DNA of 32,000 nucleotides, taken from positions 210,001-242,000 of the forward strand of contig NC_015067.1 in NCBI RefSeq assembly GCF_000196555.1. The letters are read 5' to 3'. Positions 1 through 9,500 of this stretch are shown one piece after another; position 1 is the stretch's first letter; the number at the start of each line of letters is the position of its first letter. The notes under the pieces were generated by a model that was given only the letters and a program-made list of their open reading frames with translations, did not search any database and was not told the DNA's origin. The DNA is from Bifidobacterium longum subsp. longum JCM 1217 (lineage in GTDB: Bacteria > Actinomycetota > Actinomycetes > Actinomycetales > Bifidobacteriaceae). Position numbers and translations under genes: made by a program.

Positions 1-1
1 T

Positions 2-385
2 GGCTTGGTTGGTCCGGCTGTTGCTGATGCCGCTGATGTTGCTGACGAGGCCCGGGCCACCGCCATCGTAACGTTGCCGATTCTGCTGTACGTCAACGAA
101 TTACGTGAGCAGTGCTCGATTCCGCGCATCTGCCTGACCGACCAGCAGATTCTTGATCTGATTGATACGCGTGCCAATGCCGGTGACACCCTGACCGCCA
201 CCGCCGAATACATTGCCCCGCTGGCCGGTGCCGAATGGACCAAGCACCGCGACGATGTGCTCTGGAACCCGGACGAAGCCAAGAAGAAGGCCAAGGAAGA
301 AGACGAAAAGCGCAACAAGGAGGCCTTGGCCGCCAAGTTTGCGCACATTAAAGATGACCCTGGCAAAGAAACCGTGGAGTTGTGA
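2..385 (+). CDS. hypothetical protein, 3' portion only (gene begins left of the window)
   Basis: Frame is open from the window edge to TGA 383-385. Third codon positions are GC-rich. The tail is Lys/Glu-rich (DEAKKKAKEEDEKRNKE). No family recognised by eye. Confidence 0.45.
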   Translation, partial: GLVGPAVADAADVADEARATAIVTLPILLYVNELREQCSIPRICLTDQQILDLIDTRANAGDTLTATAEYIAPLAGAEWTKHRDDVLWNPDEAKKKAKEEDEKRNKEALAAKFAHIKDDPGKETVEL

Positions 386-463
386 GAATCAAGGCAGCTT
401 AGCCCGCCTGATCGGTTCTCTTACCCCTGCTCGCGATTCCTCCGTGCCAAGGAAATCGTCTAT

Positions 464-1381
464 GTGGTGAAGAACATCGCTTACGCAACGGAAGAAGAAA
501 CACTTATGGGCAATGGCGTCAATCTGCGCACGCTCACCAATGACGGCGGTAGCGCGGTAATCAGCGATTACGGGGCGCATCTGCTGCGCTGGGCCCCGGC
601 GGGGCAGCCGGATGTAATCTGGACGCCCCGCACATGGCATTTCGAAGCTGGTCAGCCGGTTGGCGGGGGAGTGCCGGTGTGCTTCCCCTGGTTCGGGCCG
701 GGGTTTGTGCATGGCGGGCAGACTGCGAAGCGACCGATTCATGGGTTCGCACGATTGCGCCAGTGGGCGCTGGACGAAGGGGCGTTTACCGGTGCCCGTG
801 TGCGGTATGTGCTGGATTCCGAACGACTGACGACTGGCGAAGTGCCATGGATCGAGGATGAACCCAACGTGCGTTTCCATGCCGCATACGAGGTGTGTGC
901 CAGCGATACGCTGACGATGACGCTGACCGTTACCAACACGGGAGGTGAGCCGATGTCGTATGAGGCGGCGCTGCACTCGTATCTGCATGTCGGCGATGTG
1001 CTCGGCGCGCGGCTGGTCGGTTTGCGGGGTGCAACATATCTGGATGCCACGGAAGCCGGATTCCCGCCAAAACTACAAGAACAGCCATCGGTGATGTTCG
1101 GCGATCAGCCGGTGGACCGTGTGTATTATTCCGATGCTGCACTGGAATTGCAGGACCATGTGCTGGGTCGTGTGATTCGCATCGGCAAGACCGGCTCGCC
1201 GCAGACGGTGGTGTGGAATCCCGGAGAGCAGGGCGGCAACGCCATTGCCCATGCCAAGACGGGTGAATGGCGTGGCTTTGTGGCCGTGGAGGCAGCGGCG
1301 TGCCGAGACCGTATCGTTGCCCTTAGTCCGGGTGAATCGTATATGCTTTCGCAGTCCATTGCCGTGATGCCGTTGGGGTAG
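464..1381 (+). CDS. D-hexose-6-phosphate mutarotase / aldose 1-epimerase-family protein (YeaD-like)
   Basis: 305-aa ORF. GTG 464 is preceded by AAGGAA (449-454); ATG 506 is an alternative start. Motifs GGGVPVCFPWFGPG, HGFAR, ALHSYLHV and VVWNPG are typical of the glucose-6-P 1-epimerase family. Confidence 0.85.
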   Translation: MVKNIAYATEEETLMGNGVNLRTLTNDGGSAVISDYGAHLLRWAPAGQPDVIWTPRTWHFEAGQPVGGGVPVCFPWFGPGFVHGGQTAKRPIHGFARLRQWALDEGAFTGARVRYVLDSERLTTGEVPWIEDEPNVRFHAAYEVCASDTLTMTLTVTNTGGEPMSYEAALHSYLHVGDVLGARLVGLRGATYLDATEAGFPPKLQEQPSVMFGDQPVDRVYYSDAALELQDHVLGRVIRIGKTGSPQTVVWNPGEQGGNAIAHAKTGEWRGFVAVEAAACRDRIVALSPGESYMLSQSIAVMPLG

Positions 1382-1388
1382 TTGGCTG

Positions 1389-1415
1389 AATACAGTGCCG
1401 ATAATACAGTGCCGA
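1389..1415. repeat. tandem duplication, 2 x AATACAGTGCCGA
   Basis: Identical 13-mers at 1389-1401 and 1403-1415 separated by one T, just after the mutarotase stop. Confidence 0.9.
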
Positions 1416-1417
1416 GA

Positions 1418-1456
1418 ATGATGAAGCCCTACTCGCGTTGAGTAGGGCTTCATCAT
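1418..1456. terminator. hairpin between convergent genes (probable bidirectional terminator)
   Basis: Perfect 17-bp stem ATGATGAAGCCCTACTC / GAGTAGGGCTTCATCAT with loop GCGTT, placed between stops at 1381 (+) and 1499 (-). There is no clear U-tract on either side. Confidence 0.6.
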
Positions 1457-1498
1457 TGGTTGCGGGGAACTTCTTCAACGGAAGTTCACCGATATCGG

Positions 1499-2695
1499 TT
1501 ACTGGCCTTGCCAGGGTTTCTGGGCATTGTCGCCGGCGGGAGCCGTGTGCTCAGAAGGTGTTGCGGATTCGTCGCCGGCGTTTTGAGGCATCGGCGGAAC
1601 CTGGCCGTACTGTGGGGCCGGGGCCTCCGGTTGGCCGTACTGCGGGGCCGGCACCTGACCGTAATCAGGTGCGGGTGCAGCCGGCTGGCCATAGTCGGGG
1701 GTCGGCATGGGCGGCTGGCCGTAAGCCGGGGCCGGCTGGTTGAAGCCGGGTGCGGGCGCGTTCGGAGCGGCGAAATTCGGGGGTACAGGCGTGCTGTATG
1801 GTGCGCCGTAAGCACCCTGAGGCATGGGGGTTGCCGCCGCGCCATCGTCAAAACGTGCGCCCTCCGGCTTGCTGGGAAGAGCCATGAACACGATATAGAC
1901 AACGCAGCCGGCCAGCGTAATCAACGCACCAATGACCGCCGCGCCAAGACCGCCGGCGGCCATGCTGCCATAACCATAGTCATAACTGCCAAGGCTCCTG
2001 AACCCGCCGTACAGTGCCGCACCACCGCCGATAATCATGATGATAAGGCCGATAACCATCGCGATATAGAAAATGGCAACCCACCAGCCAGGCTTGTTCG
2101 TGTCATGCAGACGGCGGACGGAAAGTGCCAGGGTGGGGATTAGGGTCGCCAGACCCCAAATGGTGGCGAGGAAGCCAAGCTTTTCATCTGTGGCGGTGTT
2201 GAGGATGTCCAGCACGATATTGATGCCGAAAGCGGCCAGCACCCACCACCAGAATTCACTGCGGGACGCGCGGCCCCTGAACACCACGTACTTCTTCCAG
2301 AAGCGCAGGAAGGCTTCTTGGAAGGAGCATCCGTAGTAAGGCTTATCCAGCGGCACAGTGGCAGTGGGCGCGGCGTATTGGCCGTAAGACGGCGGAACCG
2401 GGCCGTAAGGATTGCCATCGGGGGCCGGTGTGCCGTACGCCGGTGCGGATTGACCGTAGGTGTTGGCGTCGGGTGCGGGCTGACCGTAGGTTGGTACGGC
2501 CTGGCCATAAGAGTTCGCGGTCGGAGCAGGCTGACCGTATGCCGGCTGTCCGTAAGCGGGCTGCGCCGGCTGTGAGGGCTGCGCCGGGGCCGGTGCGCCA
2601 TACTGCGGTACGGGATTAGGTGTGGGCGTACCGTTGGCCTCAGGCTGCTGAGGCAAAGGCACATTGTTGGGATCAGACATTGATTCCCCTTTCAT
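1499..2695 (-). CDS. DUF805-family integral membrane protein with Pro/Tyr/Gly/Gln-rich N- and C-terminal tails
   Basis: Core SRSEFWWWVLAAFGINIVLDIL ... RRLHDTNKPGWW matches DUF805 (YhaH/YhaI-like). Both tails carry many YGQ/YGQPAP-type repeats. The second ATG at 2680 has the better SD (AAAGGGGAA), so the true start may be 2680. Confidence 0.8.
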   Translation of the reverse strand: MKGESMSDPNNVPLPQQPEANGTPTPNPVPQYGAPAPAQPSQPAQPAYGQPAYGQPAPTANSYGQAVPTYGQPAPDANTYGQSAPAYGTPAPDGNPYGPVPPSYGQYAAPTATVPLDKPYYGCSFQEAFLRFWKKYVVFRGRASRSEFWWWVLAAFGINIVLDILNTATDEKLGFLATIWGLATLIPTLALSVRRLHDTNKPGWWVAIFYIAMVIGLIIMIIGGGAALYGGFRSLGSYDYGYGSMAAGGLGAAVIGALITLAGCVVYIVFMALPSKPEGARFDDGAAATPMPQGAYGAPYSTPVPPNFAAPNAPAPGFNQPAPAYGQPPMPTPDYGQPAAPAPDYGQVPAPQYGQPEAPAPQYGQVPPMPQNAGDESATPSEHTAPAGDNAQKPWQGQ

Positions 2696-3062
2696 AAGAC
2701 CTATGTGTCACATCATATTCTTCCATTGCATGAGTGGAAAACTCAACAATTGCGCCAAATAATGTCCAAAGTTGTGGTGAATGCACTGGAAAGAATCGAT
2801 GGTTATCAAATCGATATCAGTTGAGGGTGAACGTTGTCGATCGGTTGTGTAACCTGTTACATGAATATTGCGCACAGTTGCGGGGGTGGAACTGGAAAGC
2901 AGACGAAGCTTTTGGCGCTACGCATAAAGCAACATACAGAGATGTAGGGAATGCCATGAACCACGAATACACGGATGCCGCCGTTGAGCAGCGCGAATCG
3001 CACGAAGACGAATCTCAAGACTGGGATCTGCTGTTCGTGGGCCTGGCCTGCTGATTCTCGTT

Positions 3063-3112
3063 TGCTGTTTTCTTTTCTTTTGATTTTAAAAGCAAAAGAA
3101 AAGAAAATGGCA
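3063..3112. repeat. AT-only near-perfect palindrome (core 3068-3107)
   Basis: TTTTCTTTTCTTTTGATTTT | AAAAGCAAAAGAAAAGAAAA has one mismatch in 40 bp. Arms extend by TGCTG/TGGCA if G-T pairs are allowed. It lies in the divergent gap between the DUF805 gene and gltX. Confidence 0.9.
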
Positions 3113-3237
3113 GGCAAAAGAGATTTCGTTGGAAAATGGCCGTTTTGGGATGGTGTTGGCCCGAAACGTCAATAACGAAGCAAAAGAGCGAGGAGCGCTG
3201 CTCTCCGCGTCCGGCGCGCGCGGCACAATAGGGGACT

Positions 3238-4758
3238 ATGACTGATGCTGAAAACACCAAACCCGAACTGCCCAAGAACGTTCGTGTTCGCTTCTGCCCG
3301 TCGCCGACCGGAACCCCGCATGTCGGCATGATTCGTACCGCCCTGTTCAACTGGGCGGAAGCTCGCGCCACCGGCGGCACGCTGATCTTCCGTATCGAAG
3401 ACACCGACGCCGTGCGCGACTCCGAAGAAAGCTACAACCAGATCCTCGAATCCCTGCGTTGGCTGGGTATCGACTGGGACGAGGGCATCGATGTGGGTGG
3501 CCCTCACGGCCCGTACCGCCAGTCCGAGCGTACCGCCATCTACAAGGATGTTGCCGCCAAGCTGCTCGAAGCCGGCTACGCCTACGAGTCCTTCTCCACT
3601 CCTGAGGAAATCAAGGAGCGCAACCTTGCCGCCGGCCGTCCGGCCGAGTTCGGCTACGATGGCTACGACCGCAACCTGACCGATGAACAGAAGGCCGCCT
3701 TCCGCGCCGAGGGCCGCAAGCCTGCGCTACGTATCAAGATGCCTGATGAAGACATCGCCTTTGACGATCTGATTCGTGGCACCATCGAGTTCAAGGCCGG
3801 CTCCGTGCCGGACTACGTGATCGTGCGCCCGAACGGCGACCCACTGTACACGCTGACCAACCCGGTCGACGACGCGATGATGGAAGTCAACGTCGTGCTG
3901 CGCGGCGAGGACCTCCTGAGCTCCACCCCGCGCCAGATCGTGCTTTACCGTTACCTTATGGAACTCGGCATCGCCAAGGAGATGCCGCTGTTCGGCCACA
4001 TGCCGTACGTGATGGGCCAGGGCAACAAGAAGCTCTCCAAGCGCGACCCAGAGTCCAACCTGTTCAACCACCGCGACAATGGCTTCATCCGCGAGGGCCT
4101 GCTCAACTACCTGGCCCTGCTCGGCTGGTCCATTGCACCGGACCGCGACGTGTTCTCCATGGACGAGATGACCGAGAAGTTCGACGTGCGCGACGTCAAG
4201 GCCAACCCGGCCCGCTTCGACATCGACAAGGCCATCTCCATCAACGCCGAGCACATCCGTATGCTTGAGCCCGAGGACTTCCTGCGCCGCTCGGTGCCGT
4301 ACCTGCACCGCGACGGTGTGGTTTCCGCCGACAACTGGGATGCCCTGACCGACCGTGAGCGTGAGGTGCTGACCGCCGCCGCTCCGCTGGTTCAGCCGCG
4401 CGTGCGCCTGCTGGGTGAGGTTGCCGGCATGGTCGGCTCCCTGCTCTCCACCGAGGGCTACTTGGAGCCGGCTGACGACGCCAAGAAGCAGCTGAAGGAT
4501 TCTGCCGGCGAGGTGCTGGACAAGGCCATCGCCGCACTCGAGGCTGTGGATGAGGCTGACTGGAAGACCGACAACCTGCATGAGACCCTGAACAAGGCTC
4601 TGGTTGAGGAGGGCGGCTACAAGCCGCGCCTCGCTTTCGGTCCGGTGCGTGTGGCCATGTCTGGTCGTCGCGTGAGCCCGCCGCTGTTCGAGTCCATGGA
4701 GATCGTCGGCAAGCCGGTTTCCCTCGCTCGCCTGAAGGGCCTGCGCGAGCACCTGTGA
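3238..4758 (+). CDS. gltX: glutamyl-tRNA synthetase
   Basis: 506 aa. Class I signatures are present: [10 protein letters not shown] (HIGH-type) and KLSKR (KMSKS-type). SD AGGGGA lies 3 nt before the ATG. Confidence 0.97.
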   Translation: MTDAENTKPELPKNVRVRFCPSPTGTPHVGMIRTALFNWAEARATGGTLIFRIEDTDAVRDSEESYNQILESLRWLGIDWDEGIDVGGPHGPYRQSERTAIYKDVAAKLLEAGYAYESFSTPEEIKERNLAAGRPAEFGYDGYDRNLTDEQKAAFRAEGRKPALRIKMPDEDIAFDDLIRGTIEFKAGSVPDYVIVRPNGDPLYTLTNPVDDAMMEVNVVLRGEDLLSSTPRQIVLYRYLMELGIAKEMPLFGHMPYVMGQGNKKLSKRDPESNLFNHRDNGFIREGLLNYLALLGWSIAPDRDVFSMDEMTEKFDVRDVKANPARFDIDKAISINAEHIRMLEPEDFLRRSVPYLHRDGVVSADNWDALTDREREVLTAAAPLVQPRVRLLGEVAGMVGSLLSTEGYLEPADDAKKQLKDSAGEVLDKAIAALEAVDEADWKTDNLHETLNKALVEEGGYKPRLAFGPVRVAMSGRRVSPPLFESMEIVGKPVSLARLKGLREHL

Positions 4759-4802
4759 GCTAAGGTTCCTTCCGTGCTCGGCTGAGCTGTAAGGACACTC
4801 AA

Positions 4803-4839
4803 GGTGGGCGTCTGCATGTGCAGATGCCCACCTTTTCTT
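4803..4839 (+). terminator. rho-independent terminator of gltX
   Basis: Stem GGTGGGCGTCTGCA / TGCAGATGCCCACC (one G-T pair), 2-nt loop, followed by TTTTCTT. Confidence 0.8.
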
Positions 4840-5028
4840 GTATTCAGTGATGAGCTGGAACAGCTGGAAAGTCTTACCGCTGCGCCGCATGCCAGTGAGA
4901 ATATGTACGAGGTTGAACATGGCTGGTTTGTGCAGTGAGGTCACGAAACGTGCCTTGTAGGTGGTTTCGCCTTCATGCGTCCATGAAACGGTTGATAGGT
5001 AACCGGGCGGCGGTCTTTGACGTGACAT
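4840..5028 (-). pseudogene. N-terminal remnant of an AAA_14/DUF4143-type ATPase
   Basis: The minus frame reads ...TTYKARFVTSLHKPAMFNLVHILTGMRRSGKTFQLFQLITEY, a P-loop block of the form ILTGxRRSGKT. It then runs into the gltX terminator, and nothing of the remaining ~350 aa is present. The surroundings are low-GC. Confidence 0.4.
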
Positions 5029-5147
5029 TGCATTACAAGCATCGCGACGCGCTCGCTGTCGCAAGGGAACATAAGCGCCTCATTTGGTTCTTGAAGGCTG
5101 ATTTGCCGGCTATGAATGTGCAAGGCAAAGATCATTGCCTCATCTGC

Positions 5148-5233
5148 AATTTCATCAGTGCATTAGATGGTAATTCATCAGTAGTGCTTACTGATAATCC
5201 GTCAGTAGAGTTCATGCAAATTCATCAGTAGTG
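5148..5233. repeat. four tandem ~24-bp repeats with 13-15-bp conserved core (iteron-like)
   Basis: Cores: AATTTCATCAGTG (5148), AATTCATCAGTAGTG (5172), AATCCGTCAGTAGAG (5196), AATTCATCAGTAGTG (5219). Spacing is 24, 24 and 23 bp. Confidence 0.8.
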
Positions 5234-5359
5234 GCAGCGTAGCACTTGAAATCGTTGAAATTCCGCGCGACACGCCGTAAGTTGCGTAAGGGTGAATACT
5301 TGCGTATATTTATCACTCGTTGCGCGGTTCACCGAGCAGCCGGTTGAAAAACTGAATAT

Positions 5360-5432
5360 GCCCCCATCGTCTAGCGGTCTAGGACTACGCCCTCTCACGG
5401 CGCCAACACCGGTTCAAATCCGGTTGGGGGTA
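5360..5432 (+). tRNA. tRNA-Glu (anticodon CTC)
   Basis: Manual cloverleaf: acceptor GCCCCCA/TGGGGGT, anticodon loop CTCTCAC, T-arm ACCGG-TTCAAAT-CCGGT. CCA is not encoded. Confidence 0.93.
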
Positions 5433-5471
5433 CGACGAACAACTCCTTGGAGTTGCTACGCCAAGCCAAAT

Positions 5472-5546
5472 TGGGATGTGGTGTAATTGGCAACACAGCT
5501 GATTCTGGTTCAGCCATTCTTGGTTCGAGTCCAGGCATCCCAGCCA
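5472..5546 (+). tRNA. tRNA-Gln (anticodon CTG)
   Basis: Manual cloverleaf: acceptor TGGGATG/CATCCCA (U1-A72), anticodon stem GCTGA/TCAGC with loop TTCTGGT, T-loop TTCGAGT. CCA is encoded. Confidence 0.93.
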
Positions 5547-5550
5547 ATGA

Positions 5551-5580
5551 CCCTCGCGGAATGCGAGGGTTTTTTGTTTT
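5551..5580 (+). terminator. terminator after the tRNA pair
   Basis: CCCTCGC-GGAAT-GCGAGGG followed by TTTTTTGTTTT. Confidence 0.75.
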
Positions 5581-5614
5581 CAGGGAAGTAGCCGCTTGAA
5601 AAGCGACTTCCCTG
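5581..5614. other. second, longer hairpin directly after the terminator
   Basis: CAGGGAAGT(AGC)CGCTT-GAA-AAGCGACTTCCCTG forms 9+5 bp with a 3-nt bulge. No U-tract; function unknown. Confidence 0.6.
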
Positions 5615-5687
5615 CATATGAGTGCGCATAAGAGCGCTAAGAGCGCATACGTGTGTATGAAAGTACGAGAACGAAGGAGATCGAAGT

Positions 5688-6176
5688 ATGTCCGCTGGGC
5701 AGCAGGCTGTACCGGCAAACAACGCCAACAATGCAAGCAATGAAGGCGCTCAGAAGAAGCACATGTCTAAGGCGGCCGTCGCCATTATCGCCGTGGTGGT
5801 CGTGGCCATTATCGTCGTGGCCGGTGTGTTCGGCTTCCGCGCCTACTCCGATGCTCAGTACAACAATGCAGTCGCCGCTTGCGCCGCCGCTTCCGAAAAT
5901 GTGCGCAACGCCACTAATGACTACAACAACTTGGTCAATGGCGATGCTTCCGAAGCTGCTGCGCTCACCAAGAAGGATGTAAAGGATGCCTCCACGCTGG
6001 ACGCCCTCAACAAGGAACTGAGCGTGGAACTGCCGGTATACGAAGGCTGCGTAGCTGACGACACTGCCGGCTTCAAGTCCGCTACTGCGAAGCTCAACGA
6101 GCAGGCTGATTGGTACAAGGCTTATACTCAATCGCTGCAGAAGGCTGTGGATGCCGTGAACGCTTCCAAGAAGTAA
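5688..6176 (+). CDS. small membrane-anchored hypothetical protein (single N-terminal TM, extracytoplasmic helical part)
   Basis: 162 aa. SD AAGGAG is at 5673-5678. TM segment AAVAIIAVVVVAIIVVAGVFGF. Typical GC3 bias. Confidence 0.75.
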   Translation: MSAGQQAVPANNANNASNEGAQKKHMSKAAVAIIAVVVVAIIVVAGVFGFRAYSDAQYNNAVAACAAASENVRNATNDYNNLVNGDASEAAALTKKDVKDASTLDALNKELSVELPVYEGCVADDTAGFKSATAKLNEQADWYKAYTQSLQKAVDAVNASKK

Positions 6177-6204
6177 GCGAGCACAGCCTCACCATTGTCG
6201 TCAA

Positions 6205-6236
6205 AGCCGTCTTGCGGTTGCGCAAGGCGGCTTTTG
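6205..6236 (+). terminator. rho-independent terminator
   Basis: AGCCGTCTTGCG-GTTG-CGCAAGGCGGCT followed by TTTT. Confidence 0.7.
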
Positions 6237-6512
6237 CTATTTTGCTCAATCGGCTTGCTGCTGTAATGCTGCTGCATTGATTGCGTCGAATGCAGGTAAA
6301 TTCGTCTTACTTTTTTTGCGCAGTTTTTCCCTGCGCGTGTCGCGATGATGCGAATATAGATGTGAAGGTTAACAACGTAGTCGTTTATTGGGTTTTGTGA
6401 TTTCACTCACGTTGTAATTCAATGTCAAATATGTGGCGATTCTCCGTATTTGCTGAGATTGCTATTAAGAATAGCTTCTTGTAAAGTGTCTTATCGTAAT
6501 TGCGAATGCGTA

Positions 6513-6527
6513 TTCTTCAATGAAGAA
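6513..6527. promoter_or_regulatory. perfect 15-bp palindrome in the AT-rich engBF upstream region (candidate operator)
   Basis: TTCTTCA-A-TGAAGAA lies 46 bp upstream of the engBF ATG. The whole 6177-6572 gap is much lower in GC than the flanks. Confidence 0.25.
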
Positions 6528-6572
6528 GGCATCTGCTTCACCTCGAAGAAGAGATTAAGGAAAATATAGTTA

Positions 6573-9500
6573 ATGAAAAAGAAGAAGACTATATCGGCTG
6601 CGCTGGCAACAGCGTTAGCCTTAACCTGCATGGGCAGCGGGGGAGGTACTGCGTTCGCAGTGCCCCTGTCTGATGCTGACTTGCAGACTTTGGCAAGTCA
6701 GATTCAGCAAATCAACGATACTTCTGATTCTGCAACTGCTTCCGAGACTCCTTCCGCACAAGCCGATGCGGTTGAAGGCTGGACTATTGATTCCAACATC
6801 GCTCAGGGCGGCGAAATCCTGGAGATGGCAAACGGTTGGCTGCACCTCAAGTCCACTGCCTCTAACGGTAATGCGGCAGCGAACCCCAGCTCCAGCAACA
6901 ACTGGCCGGCAGTAGCCGTATGGGGCACAGATTACGACTTCTCCAAGGCCGGCTCCTTCCACGCCACCATCAAATCCCCGCAGGAAGGCTCCGCCAACCG
7001 CTTCGGCTTCTACCTGGGCTACAACGACCCGGGCAGCGGCCTGTTCATCGGCTACGATTCGGGCGGCTGGTTCTGGCAGACCTACACCGGTGGCGGTAGC
7101 GGCAGCTGGTACAGCGGTGCTCGTATCGCTGCTCCGAGCGCCAACGAAGAGCACGACATTCGGGTCTCCTGGACCGACGCCAAGGTCGCCACACTGACCG
7201 TGGATGGCCAGAAGGCATTCGATGTCGATTACTCCGCAATGACGAACCTCTCCAACAAGCTTGCCATCAAGGCCGGCTCCTGGAAGGAGCTGAACGAGGT
7301 CACCGACGTGTACATCAAGGACTTCCCGGAGGTTGTCGAAGCCGCCAAGCACGCGGTTTCCGGCAAGGTTGTGGACGCTGGAGGCGCTGCCATTGAAGGC
7401 GCAACAGTGCGTTTGGATAAGACCAAGGTGAAGACCGGTGCAGATGGCACCTTCTCCTTCGCCGACATTGAAGAAGGCGAACACACGCTTTCGATTGCCA
7501 AGGAAGGCTATGAGGACGTCTCCCAGCAGGTGACGGTCTCCGGCGCGGATCTTGCCATCGATCCCATCACCCTGAACAAAACCGTTCAGGTCGCCTCCGA
7601 AACGCTGAAGACCAAGAAGATGGAAGTTCAGATTAAGAAGAACTTCCCCTCTGTGCTGCAGTACACGATGACCGACGGCAAGGTGATGTACGGCCAGTCC
7701 AAGGATGTGCGCACCGTTGAAATCAACGGCACCAACATCGAACTGGGCGATGACGACGTGACCTTCAAGAAGGTTTCCGACACCGAGGCCACCTACACGC
7801 TGAAGGTCAAGGATGAGGCCAAGAAGATTGACGCGGTGATCACCGTTCAGATCACGGTCAAGGCCAACCAGCTGCACCTCAACGTCACCAAGATCAAGAA
7901 CAACCTGTCCGAAGGCATTCCTGAGGGCAACGGTGTGGAGGAGAACGCCATCCAGACGCTGTCCTTCCCGAACCAGAGTCTCGTTTCCGTGCGTTCCAGC
8001 CAGGAAAATGCCCAATTCACTGGTGCTCGTATGTCTTCCAACACGCAGAAGCCTGGCGATACCAACTTCGCAGTGACCGAAGATACTAACGTCACCGATA
8101 GCGACTACACCTACGGCTTCATCTCCGGTGCTGGCCTGAGTGCCGGCCTGTGGAGCAACTCCGAGCACGATGGCACCTATGTGGCGGCTCCTGTGCGCGG
8201 CGGCAGCCAGAACACGCGTGTCTACGCCACCACCCAGCAGACTGGTGACGCCACCTCCCTGGGCCTGGCCAGCGCTCCGTGGTACTACCACCGCACGGTC
8301 ACCGATTCCAAGGGCAAGAAGTACACCGTGGCCGAAACCGCTCTGCCGCAGATGGCCGTGGCCATCGCCGGCGACGAGAACGAAGACGGTGCCGTCAACT
8401 GGCAGGATGGCGCAATCGCCTACCGCGACATCATGAACAACCCGTACAAGTCCGAGGAAGTTCCCGAACTGGTGGCATGGCGTATCGCCATGAACTTCGG
8501 CTCCCAGGCGCAGAACCCGTTCCTCACCACGCTTGACAACGTCAAGAAGGTGGCCTTGAACACCGACGGCCTCGGCCAGTCCGTGCTGCTCAAGGGCTAC
8601 GGCAATGAAGGCCACGACTCCGGCCACCCGGACTACGGCGATATCGGCCAGCGTCTCGGCGGCGCCGACGACATGAACACCATGATGGAAGAGGGCTCCA
8701 AGTATGGCGCTCGCTTCGGTGTGCACGTCAACGCCTCCGAAATGTATCCGGAAGCCAAGGCCTTCAGCGAGGACATGGTGCGCCGCAACTCTGCAGGCGG
8801 CCTGAGCTACGGCTGGAACTGGCTTGATCAGGGTGTCGGCATCGACGGCATCTACGATCTGGCATCCGGTTCTCGTGTAAGCCGTTTCGCTGACCTCAGC
8901 AAGGAAGTCGGCGACAACATGGACTTCATCTACCTCGATGTGTGGGGCAACCTGACTTCTTCCGGTTCGGAAGATTCTTGGGAAACCCGCAAGATGAGCA
9001 AGATGATCAACGACAACGGCTGGCGTATGACCACCGAATGGGGTTCCGGCAACGAGTACGACTCCACCTTCCAGCACTGGGCAGCTGATCTGACCTACGG
9101 CGGCTACACCTCCAAGGGCGAGAACTCCGAAGTGATGCGCTTCCTGCGCAACCACCAGAAGGACAGCTGGGTTGGCGACTACCCGCAATACGGCGGCGCT
9201 GCCAACGCCCCGCTGCTCGGCGGCTACAACATGAAGGACTTCGAAGGCTGGCAGGGCCGCAACGACTATGCCGCCTACATCAAGAACCTGTACACCCATG
9301 ATGTGTCCACTAAGTTCATCCAGCACTTCAAGGTGACCCGCTGGGTCAACAACCCGCTGCTGACCGCCGACAATGGCAATGCCGCTGCCGTGTCCGACCC
9401 GAACACGAACAACGGCAACGAGCAGATTACCCTGAAGGATTCCAACGGCAACGTTGTAGTAGTCTCCCGTGGTTCCAACGACACCTCTAGCGCAGCCTAC

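Noticed and set aside
1460-2664. Plus- and minus-strand ORFs (1460-2143, 1486-1902, 2140-2664, 2318-2575 and others) overlapping the DUF805 gene
   Set aside because: They are Arg/Pro/Gly-rich translations of alternative frames of a GC-rich repetitive gene. The DUF805 frame is the only one with a recognisable domain and TM segments.
2734-3054. 106-aa ORF upstream of gltX
   Set aside because: It has a GTG start without an SD, and the first two-thirds are AT-rich with atypical codons. Only the last 32 codons look coding, and these are flagged as a low-confidence mini-ORF in the findings.
3108-3237. T-box or other riboswitch leader upstream of gltX
   Set aside because: No specifier or antiterminator architecture or conserved T-box sequence is recognisable by eye. 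Only a weak GGAG...CTCC hairpin is present.
3727-5064. 445-aa minus-strand ORF overlapping gltX
   Set aside because: The part from 3727 to ~4800 is a shadow frame of gltX. Only the first ~60 codons (4840-5028) look protein-like, and these are reported separately as an ATPase remnant.
4935-5231. 98-aa plus-strand ORF across the 24-bp repeats
   Set aside because: It is low-GC with no SD. The C-terminal 8-aa periodicity simply reflects the DNA repeat, and it overlaps the opposite-strand ATPase remnant.
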